53,160 nt of DNA from PVC group bacterium (lineage in GTDB: Bacteria; Auribacterota; Erginobacteria; Erginobacterales; Erginobacteraceae): positions 1 to 53,160 of the forward strand of contig JAZDIV010000084.1 of assembly GCA_043804695.1 (NCBI GenBank), written 5' to 3'. A program made the translations under genes and the position numbers. Positions 18,461 through 26,187 of this stretch are shown here, in pieces; the stretch's first letter is position 1, and every line of letters starts with the position of its first letter. The notes beneath the pieces were generated by a model. It did not search any database, was not told the DNA's origin, and saw only the letters and a list, made by a program, of their open reading frames with translations.

Positions 18461-19029
18461 TCATGGAGGAAAAAATCTTGAGCTCCCTGCGGGAAGCCGC
18501 CGGGGTCATCAACCGGCTGGAAGCGCAGGTCCCGCTGCTGGCGGCCGGGGCCCGGATGGTTATCGGCTGCCTGAAGGGCGGGGGGAAGATTCTGCTCTGC
18601 GGCAACGGCGGGAGCGCCGCCGACTCCCAGCATATCGCCGCCGAGCTGGTGGGGCGCTTCCGGCGGGAAAGGAGGGCCCTGCCGGCGATATCCCTCAGCA
18701 CCGACACCTCGATCCTGACCGCGCTCGCCAACGATTATTCCTTTGACAGTGTTTTTTCCCGTCAGGTGGAGGCGCTCGGCCGGCCGGGTGATCTGCTGCT
18801 GGTGATCTCTACCAGCGGGAACTCCCGCAACCTTCTCCGGGCGGTCCGGGCGGCGAAAGCGGGCGGTCTGGGGACCTTGGCGCTCCTGGGAAAGGACGGG
18901 GGAAAAGTTGCCGGGGAGGTCGATCTGGCTGTCATCGTGCCCTCTTCGGATACCGCCCGGATTCAGGAAGCCCAGGCCGTCATCTACCACGGTATCTGCG
19001 ATCTGGCGGAAGAGGCTTTCAGCGGATGA
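18457..19029 (+). CDS. gmhA: D-sedoheptulose-7-phosphate isomerase
   Basis: CGNGGSAADSQH.AAEL, ANDY, ISTSGNS and RIQE motifs. Confidence 0.95.
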   Translation: MIMEEKILSSLREAAGVINRLEAQVPLLAAGARMVIGCLKGGGKILLCGNGGSAADSQHIAAELVGRFRRERRALPAISLSTDTSILTALANDYSFDSVFSRQVEALGRPGDLLLVISTSGNSRNLLRAVRAAKAGGLGTLALLGKDGGKVAGEVDLAVIVPSSDTARIQEAQAVIYHGICDLAEEAFSG

Positions 19030-19520
19030 GGGAAAAGATAATAACCCCCGCGGAGCTGGTTCCGCTCCTGGCCCGCCGGAAGCGGGAAGGGAAGCGGATA
19101 GTCTTCACCAACGGGTGCTTCGATTTGCTGCACATCGGGCACGTCCGGTATCTCGGGAAGGCAAAAGCAGAGGGAGACATCCTGGTCCTCGGTCTCAACA
19201 GCGACCGTTCGGTGCGGGGGCTGAAAGGAGCGGGCCGTCCCCTCGTCCCCGAACAGGAGCGGGCCGAACTGCTGGCCGCCCTCTCGATGATTGACTACGT
19301 CGTCATCTTTGATGAGCCGACGCCGCTCGGGCTGATCAAAGAGATCGCCCCCGATGTCCTGGTCAAGGGGGGCGACTGGAAACGGGAGGATATCGCGGGG
19401 GGAAAGGAGGTCAAGGCCTCCGGCGGCCGGGTGGTGGTGGTGCCCCTGATCCCCGGCCGGTCGACCAGCAATCTGATCGGGGAAATCATGCAGAGGTCCC
19501 GGGCCGGGGTTGAGATTTAA
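19026..19520 (+). CDS. rfaE2: D-glycero-beta-D-manno-heptose-1-phosphate adenylyltransferase (stand-alone HldE domain II)
   Basis: VFTNGCFDLLH.GHV.YL, GLNSD.SV..LKG..RP, LVKGGD and STS motifs. Confidence 0.93.
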   Translation: MREKIITPAELVPLLARRKREGKRIVFTNGCFDLLHIGHVRYLGKAKAEGDILVLGLNSDRSVRGLKGAGRPLVPEQERAELLAALSMIDYVVIFDEPTPLGLIKEIAPDVLVKGGDWKREDIAGGKEVKASGGRVVVVPLIPGRSTSNLIGEIMQRSRAGVEI

Positions 19521-19551
19521 CTCCCGCTTCGCGATCAATTCGCCGGATTCA

Positions 19552-21300
19552 ATGATCAGGAAGATCCCGGTCAAAATGGAATATCTGGTGGCGCTGCTGG
19601 CTCTCGCGGCCGGTCTTTATTCTCAGTCATCGGCGATAGTCAATGCCTACGTGATTAACGATGATGCCATGCAGCATATTTACTGGATGCGCCAGTTCCA
19701 GAGCCCCGGGTTATTTAAAGATGATCTCCTGACGGAAAATGCCCGGCACTGGCTGCCCTGGGGATTAATTTTTTTCTATTACGCGGGTTCTTTTCTCATT
19801 GATCCGGTGATGATCAGCAAACTGGCGCCTTTATTCCTGTTCCCCCTTTCGTCGGCGTTTGCATACGGACTGGTAAAGCGTATCACCGGCAGCCGGTATA
19901 TCAGTTTCCTGGCTGCCGTTATCTTTATCTTCACGGCGACATTTTTTCAATCAATGATCGGCGGTCATCCCCGCGCCTTCGGATTTCCGCTTTTGATCAT
20001 GTTTCTTTATTATCTGGTCACAAAGCGGTATCCCGCCGCCGCGGTTGTGATGATAGCGCAAAGTCTGTTTTATCCGGTGGTGTTCCTGCTGTCGTCACTG
20101 ACCTGTCTGTGTACTTTTATTCAGAGAAAAGATAAAAAAATCATTATTGATCGCTCGCGGACCAGGGCGCTGTTTTTCGGGGGGGCGATCCTGGCCGGGT
20201 GTTCTCTTCTGATCGGTGAATATGCGGTTTCGGATAATCCCCGGCTGGGGTCTTTGATTACCCGGGAGGCTGCCGCCGGCCGACCGGAAAATTATGAAAA
20301 GGGGCGTTTCCGGATAATGCCGATCAGCCCGTTATTCGAGCAGGTAAAATATAATTTAAAAGAGAGCATTTTCGGATACCGGATGATCGAATATCTTAAG
20401 GAACGTGCCGTGATGTCCGGCGTGGTGCGGAAATATGAAGAGATTGTCGAACCCCGGAGACCGGGATTGTCGGTTACAGATGAGATAGCCCTGGTCATAT
20501 TCATCTTCTTGCTGGCGGCGGGGATCGGGAAAAAAATCCGCTTTCCTCCGGAAATATATTATCTCCTCTTCTCGGGCATTGTGCTCTACTGGTTATCGAG
20601 CCTGGTATTGTTCAAGTTATACCGGCCCGAGCGATACGTGGAGTATTCGTTCCGGATAGCCGGGTTGATATTTTTTTCGGTCATCAGCGGCCGCCTGATC
20701 GAGGGGATCAGACAGCCAAAAGTCAAAACATTTTTCCGGGCAGTGCCGATTGTTCTGGCTTGCTTGTTTTTTCGGGCCAACCGGGGCCTGGCTTTGACGG
20801 ATCTTTCTTCCAACCGGGAACTGTATGAATATCTGCGCGGCCTGCCTGAAGAGGCGATGATCGCCGCCCATCCCTGTCTGGCCGACGGCGTCCCGCTCTT
20901 CAGTCGGAAAAAAGTATTTATTAACTTTGAGCTGTCCAACCCGTGGTATGGCGGATACTGGGAGACAATCAGGAAACGGACTTTGGCTTTTTTTGACGCC
21001 TACTATTCCGAAAACCCGGCGGCGGTCTATCAGTTTTGCCGGCAGAACGAGATAGATTATGTTATGGTGGACGAAAAACATTTCCAGAAGGATTATCTTG
21101 ATGATGGGAAGGTATATTTTGAGCCTTTCCAGGGTTACATCTCCCGTCTGGTGAAGGAGAGGAAGAATTTCATCCTTCCCCGGATGGAGGAAAAAGACCT
21201 GCTCTTTCACAAAAACGGAATCACGGTGATCCACCGGGATGCTTTTGGAGATCGGCATGACTTTAATCGGAGAAGCGAAAAAGGGCAACTCGACAGCTGA
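19552..21300 (+). CDS. Multi-pass membrane protein, GT-C-fold glycosyltransferase-like; start uncertain
   Basis: Many TMs; DD..QH acidic motif after TM1; soluble C-terminal domain ending IDYVMVD; visibly AT-richer than its flanks. Confidence 0.65.
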   Translation: MIRKIPVKMEYLVALLALAAGLYSQSSAIVNAYVINDDAMQHIYWMRQFQSPGLFKDDLLTENARHWLPWGLIFFYYAGSFLIDPVMISKLAPLFLFPLSSAFAYGLVKRITGSRYISFLAAVIFIFTATFFQSMIGGHPRAFGFPLLIMFLYYLVTKRYPAAAVVMIAQSLFYPVVFLLSSLTCLCTFIQRKDKKIIIDRSRTRALFFGGAILAGCSLLIGEYAVSDNPRLGSLITREAAAGRPENYEKGRFRIMPISPLFEQVKYNLKESIFGYRMIEYLKERAVMSGVVRKYEEIVEPRRPGLSVTDEIALVIFIFLLAAGIGKKIRFPPEIYYLLFSGIVLYWLSSLVLFKLYRPERYVEYSFRIAGLIFFSVISGRLIEGIRQPKVKTFFRAVPIVLACLFFRANRGLALTDLSSNRELYEYLRGLPEEAMIAAHPCLADGVPLFSRKKVFINFELSNPWYGGYWETIRKRTLAFFDAYYSENPAAVYQFCRQNEIDYVMVDEKHFQKDYLDDGKVYFEPFQGYISRLVKERKNFILPRMEEKDLLFHKNGITVIHRDAFGDRHDFNRRSEKGQLDS

Positions 21301-22537
21301 GGTGGAGGCGGTGGCGCGGGCGGAAGACATCCGGGCCGAAGTGATTCTGGAGGGCCTCGTCTCGGGGACCATCGTGGTGCCGGCAAATCGGGCGCGGAAG
21401 GCGGCCCGGCCCTGCGGAATCGGGAAGGGGCTCCGGGTCAAGATCAACGCGAATATCGGCACCTCGCGGCAGAAAATTGATTTCGAGGCCGAGCTGGAAA
21501 AAGTCCGGGTGGCGGCCGCCGCCGGGGCCGACACCGTGATGGACCTCTCCACCGGGGGAGACATCCGGTTGCTCCGGGAGAAAGTCCTCCGGGCGTCCCC
21601 GGTCCCGGTGGGGACCGTCCCCATCTATGAAGCGGCGATCGCGGCCGGCGAAAGGGAGGGCCGGATCGTGGCGATGACGGGGGACGGCATGCTGGGGGCG
21701 ATCGAGGGGCAGGCCCGGCAGGGGGTGGATTACATGACGATTCACGCCGGCGTCACCCGGCGGACGCTGGAGGCTCTGAAGCAGGCGCCCCGTCTCCTGG
21801 GCGCGGTCAGCCGGGGCGGCTCTTTTCTTCTGGAGTGGATGGCGGTCAACGGGAGGGAGAACCCCCTCTACGAGCGTTTCGACGAGGTGCTGGAGATCGC
21901 CCGTCGCCACGAGATCACTCTCAGCCTCGGTGACGGGCTCCGTCCGGGCTGCCTGGCGGACGCCACCGACCGTCCCCAGATCCAGGAGTTGATCATTTTA
22001 GGGGAGCTGGCCGACCGCTGTCGGGAAGCGGAGGTCCAGGTCATGATCGAAGGGCCGGGACACATCCCGCTCGACCAGATCGCCGAGAACGTCCGGCTGG
22101 AAAAATCCCTCTGCCGGGGCGCCCCGTTTTATGTTCTGGGGCCGCTGGTCACCGATGTCGCCCCCGGGTACGATCACATCACCTGCGCGATCGGGGGAGC
22201 GCTGGCCGCTTACCAGGGGGCGGATTTTCTCTGTTACGTGACTCCCTCGGAACACCTCGGGCTGCCCTCGGTCGATGATGTCAAAGAGGGGGTGATCGCC
22301 GCCCGGATCGCGGCCCACGCCGCCGATGTCGCCCGTGGTCTTCCGGGCGCCCGCGCCTGGGATGATCGGATGTCCCGCTGCCGCAAGGAGAGAAACTGGA
22401 GGGGCCAGATCGAGGCCGCTCTCGATCCCGACCAGGCCCGGCGGTACCTGGGAGACATCGAAGGCAAGGAGGACTATTGCTCGATGTGCAGCGAGTACTG
22501 CGCGATCAAGATCCTGGAAGAGTACCTGAAGGGATAA
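21257..22537 (+). CDS. thiC: Phosphomethylpyrimidine synthase ThiC (short form; Bza paralog not excluded)
   Basis: K.NANIGTS, MDLSTGG, GTVPIY, SRGGS, GDGLRPG, EGPGH, YDHI, EHL.LP and CSMC...C motifs. Confidence 0.9.
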   Translation: MTLIGEAKKGNSTAEVEAVARAEDIRAEVILEGLVSGTIVVPANRARKAARPCGIGKGLRVKINANIGTSRQKIDFEAELEKVRVAAAAGADTVMDLSTGGDIRLLREKVLRASPVPVGTVPIYEAAIAAGEREGRIVAMTGDGMLGAIEGQARQGVDYMTIHAGVTRRTLEALKQAPRLLGAVSRGGSFLLEWMAVNGRENPLYERFDEVLEIARRHEITLSLGDGLRPGCLADATDRPQIQELIILGELADRCREAEVQVMIEGPGHIPLDQIAENVRLEKSLCRGAPFYVLGPLVTDVAPGYDHITCAIGGALAAYQGADFLCYVTPSEHLGLPSVDDVKEGVIAARIAAHAADVARGLPGARAWDDRMSRCRKERNWRGQIEAALDPDQARRYLGDIEGKEDYCSMCSEYCAIKILEEYLKG

Positions 22538-22580
22538 GGGGGAGGGAATGACGAAGATAATGAAGGAGAGTTTAAAAATA

Positions 22581-22643
22581 GGTAAGCAGTGAGCGGTAAG
22601 CAGTAATCAGTGAGCGGTCGCTGCCGGGGCACCGTTTACTGTT
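22581..22643. repeat. 7-nt periodic inverted repeat
   Basis: ggtaagc agtgagc ggtaagc agtaatc agtgagc ... caccgtt tactgtt. Confidence 0.85.
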
Positions 22644-22694
22644 AGTCCCACGGATATCATTTAAGATCATTATAACATTGAGGAGAAGGATGAT

Positions 22695-23594
22695 ATGTCT
22701 GTCCTGGTGGTCGGCTCGGTGGCATTTGACACGGTGACGACGCCCTTCGGGCGCCAGGAGAAGATTCTGGGCGGATCCGCCACCTATTTCTCCTATTCCT
22801 GCAGCTTCTTCGCCCCGGTCAACCTGGTGGCGGTGGTCGGCCGGGATTTCCCCCCCCGCTACCGGGAATTGCTGGAGAAAAAAGGGATCAACCTGGAAGG
22901 GCTCCAGGTCCGCGAGGGCCGGACATTCCACTGGGGAGGCTCCTACCGCTACGACATGAGCGAAGCGGAGACGGAGTTCACCGATCTCAATGTCTTTCAG
23001 GAGTTCCATCCCGAGCTTCCTCCGTCGTATCGCTCGAGCGAGTACCTTCTGCTGGCCAATATCGACCCCGGCCTGCAGCTGGAGGTTCTGGCGCAGGCGG
23101 AAAATCCCCGGCTGGTCGTCGGCGACACCATGAACCTCTGGATCGAGTTGAAGAAGGACGCGGTCCGGGCGGTGGTTGAAAAACTCGATATCCTGATCAT
23201 CAATGACGCCGAGGCCCGGCAGTTTACCGGCGAGGTCAGCCTGAAACGCGCCGCGGACCGGATCCTGGCGCTCGGTCCCCGGTTTGTGGTGATCAAGAAG
23301 GGCGAGCACGGCGCCCTGCTCTTCTCCCCGGGAGAGGTATTTTCCGCCCCCGGGCTGCCCCTGGAGACGGTGGTCGATCCGACCGGGGCCGGGGACACGT
23401 TTGCCGGCGGTTTCGTTGGGTACCTGGCGAAAACGGGGGAAATGACCGCCGCCGCCCTGCGGAAAGCCGTGATTTACGGCAGCGTCATGGCCTCGTTCGC
23501 GGTCGAGGATTTCAGTCTGGAACGCTTGAAAAGTGTCCGGTGGGATGATATAAAGAGCCGTTATCGGGAGTTCAAAGCTCTTACTTCTTTTTGA
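22695..23594 (+). CDS. PfkB-family carbohydrate/nucleoside kinase
   Basis: GSVAFD, GGSATY, IND.E, KKGEHG and DPTGAGDTF motifs. Confidence 0.93.
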   Translation: MSVLVVGSVAFDTVTTPFGRQEKILGGSATYFSYSCSFFAPVNLVAVVGRDFPPRYRELLEKKGINLEGLQVREGRTFHWGGSYRYDMSEAETEFTDLNVFQEFHPELPPSYRSSEYLLLANIDPGLQLEVLAQAENPRLVVGDTMNLWIELKKDAVRAVVEKLDILIINDAEARQFTGEVSLKRAADRILALGPRFVVIKKGEHGALLFSPGEVFSAPGLPLETVVDPTGAGDTFAGGFVGYLAKTGEMTAAALRKAVIYGSVMASFAVEDFSLERLKSVRWDDIKSRYREFKALTSF

Positions 23595-23621
23595 GCCCTT
23601 CTCCGAAGGGCTCAAAAAGAA
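23585..23621. terminator. Perfect 17-bp hairpin over the pfkB stop (bidirectional terminator-like)
   Basis: ttctttttgagcccttc-TCC-gaagggctcaaaaagaa. Confidence 0.6.
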
Positions 23622-23627
23622 TAATAT

Positions 23628-23698
23628 GCGGGTGTTGCTCAATGGCAGAGCTCCAGCTTCCCAAGCTGGCCACGAGGGTTCGATTCCCTTCACCCGCT
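23628..23698 (+). tRNA. tRNA-Gly(CCC), CCA not encoded
   Basis: Acceptor stem gcgggtg/cacccgc, D arm gctc..gagc, anticodon arm ccagc-ttCCCaa-gctgg, T loop ttcgatt. Confidence 0.95.
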
Positions 23699-23753
23699 TT
23701 TCATTTTCCTGGCGGAAAATGAAAAGACGAAAAACCCTTCCGGAAACAGTGCT

Positions 23754-24272
23754 ATGGCGAAGACAGAAGACGATCTGAAGGGACGGCATCACACGCTGTG
23801 GGCGCCCTGGCGGATCGCCTATATCCTGGAGGAGAAAGAGAACGGCTGCCTCTTCTGTCGGAAGGCCGCCAGCCGCGACGACGTCGCCGATTACATCATT
23901 GCCCGGAGCAGTCACAGCTTCGCCCTCCTGAATGTTTTTCCCTATAACAGCGGCCATCTGATGGTCGCTCCCTGCCGGCATACGGCCGAACTGGAAAATC
24001 TTCAGCCGGAAGAGACCGCCGATCTCGCGGGTCTGGTTCAGCGCGCCGTGCGGGCCCTGAAGATTTCCCTGGAACCGGAGGGGTTCAACGTCGGGATCAA
24101 CCTGGGCCGGGCCGCCGGCGCCGGCGTGATCGACCATCTGCACATCCATGTCGTGCCCCGGTGGCAGGGAGATACCAATTTCATGCCCGTCATCGCCAAT
24201 ACCGGTGTGGTCCCAGAAGCGCTGGCGGCGACCCTCGCAACCCTCCGTGCCGCGTTCGCCGCCGGCGAGTGA
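23754..24272 (+). CDS. HIT-family hydrolase (Ap4A hydrolase-like)
   Basis: LWAPWR, C.FC, LN.FPY..GH and HLHIHVVPRW motifs. Confidence 0.93.
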   Translation: MAKTEDDLKGRHHTLWAPWRIAYILEEKENGCLFCRKAASRDDVADYIIARSSHSFALLNVFPYNSGHLMVAPCRHTAELENLQPEETADLAGLVQRAVRALKISLEPEGFNVGINLGRAAGAGVIDHLHIHVVPRWQGDTNFMPVIANTGVVPEALAATLATLRAAFAAGE

Positions 24273-24493
24273 GCGCCCCGGCGGGAACGGCATCGTGATC
24301 CGAATAATCGGGGATCGGTTCCGGCTTGACAGACACCGGCCGCGGGCTTATTATCGCCGTATCATTTTGTCCGGTAGTCCTGTTTCGGAATGTCAATAAT
24401 GCGTTACAATTAGCGTTCGGGCGTGAATTGTTGGACTTGAACTAAACCAACCAGGATAATCAATTTTATTTTACCTGAATAGGTGTGATTATC

Positions 24494-24520
24494 TACATTA
24501 GCGCCGAAGGCGCTAATGTA
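24494..24520. repeat. GNA-triloop hairpin
   Basis: tacattagcgcc-GAA-ggcgctaatgta, a perfect 12-bp stem. Confidence 0.75.
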
Positions 24521-24581
24521 TAAAAATGCGATTGATGGAAAAAAAGCGGCGAAGCCGCTCATTCTGTCGAGGAGAATTGAC

Positions 24582-25145
24582 ATGATGGCAAATGCATGCA
24601 CTGCCCGCCGCTCTCTGCTGCGGGCCGCCCTGGCAGCGGTTGGTCTGGCGTTTCTTCTTCTTAACGGTTCCGCCCCCGCCGCCGTGCCGGCCGCTGAAAC
24701 GATCGTGCGGACCAGGGCCATCGGAGAGACGGGGGATGTGGACAGCTTCCTTCTTGATGTTGTCCCCGGCTGGCCGGGCTGGAGCCGCCGGTACTGGACC
24801 GACAAGGAGCTGTGGGGCAATCAGGGATACATTATCGGCGGTCCCCGCGCCCGGATGATCGGCGAAGGCCCCCTGGCTGCGGGCCTGACCGAGGAGATCA
24901 CCGCTATTATCGAACCGCCCGCGGTGCCGGAGCCGCCCCTGGAAAAGACCGATCTCGATATTGCCGGCGAAAAGCCGGCCACCCACCGGGTGGTCAAAGG
25001 GGAATGCCTCTGGTTTATCGCCGGGTATGACCGGATCTACGGCAATCCCCTGCAATGGCCGCTCATCTACAAGGCTAATACCGATAAGATCAAGAACCCG
25101 GATCTGATCTATCCCGGCCAGGTTTTCATCATCCCCCGTGACTGA
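24582..25145 (+). CDS. Exported LysM-domain protein
   Basis: Signal peptide with RRSLL; C-terminal H.V.KGE.LW.IA....YG....W..IY.AN...I.NPDLIYPGQ. Confidence 0.88.
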   Translation: MMANACTARRSLLRAALAAVGLAFLLLNGSAPAAVPAAETIVRTRAIGETGDVDSFLLDVVPGWPGWSRRYWTDKELWGNQGYIIGGPRARMIGEGPLAAGLTEEITAIIEPPAVPEPPLEKTDLDIAGEKPATHRVVKGECLWFIAGYDRIYGNPLQWPLIYKANTDKIKNPDLIYPGQVFIIPRD

Positions 25146-25177
25146 AACCGTCCTCCCCTTTCAGCGGGGGGACGGTT
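25146..25177 (+). terminator. GC-rich hairpin after the LysM gene
   Basis: aaccgtcc...ggacggtt stem immediately after the stop codon. Confidence 0.4.
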
Positions 25178-25227
25178 GCAATCGCCTGTTTAAAATTTCG
25201 CCCCGCCGGGGGCGGGGCTAAATTTTA

Positions 25228-26187
25228 ATGAAGATCACCCTTAATTTCCGGACCCCCCGGCTGGTGAGCGATCTCTTCGCCCGGGAAGAAAAGAACCTCC
25301 TTCTCCTGGGAACGACCCTCGGCGTCCAGGCGGTGGCCCGGGATAATTTTATCCGTCTCTCCGGGCCGGAACCCGCGGTAGCCCGGGCCCGGAAGCTGCT
25401 GGGGGAGCTGGCCGCGATCATTGCCGCCGGCCGGCCTCTCACCGGAGAGGAATTCCGGCGCATCCTGAAAACGTCGGCGGAGGACCGGGAGGTCTCCATC
25501 GAGGATATCTACGGGGAGAAGATCGAGGTGTCTTCCCGGCAGGGCTTTGTCCGTCCCCAGACCGTCAATCAGAAAAAATATGTCGACGCGATCAGGAACC
25601 ACGACGCGGTCTTCGCGATCGGGCCGGCGGGGACCGGGAAGACCTACCTGGCGATGGCGCTGGCGGTCTCCTCATTATTGAAAGGGGAGGTCAAGCGTCT
25701 GATCCTGACCCGGCCCGCCCTGGAAGCCGGCGAAAAGCTGGGTTTTCTCCCGGGAGACCTCTATCAGAAAATCCTGCCGTATCTCCGTCCGCTCTATGAC
25801 GCGCTCTATGATCTGATGGACGGAGAACGGATCCGGAAATACGAGGCTGACGGGGTGATTGAAGTGGCGCCCCTGGCGTTTATGAGGGGCAGGACGCTCA
25901 ACAGCGCCTTCATCATTCTCGACGAAGCTCAGAACACCACCCCGGAGCAGATGAAGATGTTTTTGACCCGTCTCGGGTTCAACTCCCGGGCGGTCATCAC
26001 CGGCGACATAACCCAGATCGATCTCCCCTCCGGCCAGGTCTCCGGATTGAACCTGGTGCGGGAAATCCTGAAAGATATCCCCGAGATCCCCTTTGTCTAT
26101 CTTTCCCGGGAGGATGTGGTCCGCCACCCCCTGGTGCAAAAAATTGTGCAGGCCTATGAGCGGGCTGAACAGCAGCGCGGATCATGA
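25228..26187 (+). CDS. phoH: PhoH-like ATPase (YbeZ)
   Basis: GPAGTGKT, RPA.EAGE.LGFLPG, MRGRT, DEAQN and VVRH motifs. Confidence 0.95.
   Translation: MKITLNFRTPRLVSDLFAREEKNLLLLGTTLGVQAVARDNFIRLSGPEPAVARARKLLGELAAIIAAGRPLTGEEFRRILKTSAEDREVSIEDIYGEKIEVSSRQGFVRPQTVNQKKYVDAIRNHDAVFAIGPAGTGKTYLAMALAVSSLLKGEVKRLILTRPALEAGEKLGFLPGDLYQKILPYLRPLYDALYDLMDGERIRKYEADGVIEVAPLAFMRGRTLNSAFIILDEAQNTTPEQMKMFLTRLGFNSRAVITGDITQIDLPSGQVSGLNLVREILKDIPEIPFVYLSREDVVRHPLVQKIVQAYERAEQQRGS

Noticed and set aside
21100-21256. TPP riboswitch upstream of thiC
   Set aside because: The region is coding sequence of the upstream gene and lacks the CTGAGA/ACCTG core.
22695-23594. PfkB gene as the missing HldE heptose-kinase domain
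   Set aside because: Lacks the GD.MLD.Y...RISPEAPVP signature of RfaE domain I.
22572-24293. 573-aa minus-strand ORF
   Set aside because: Runs antisense across pfkB, the tRNA and the HIT gene; a shadow frame.
23628-24400. Integrative element at tRNA-Gly
   Set aside because: No integrase and no duplicated tRNA 3' end seen; the flanks are housekeeping genes.
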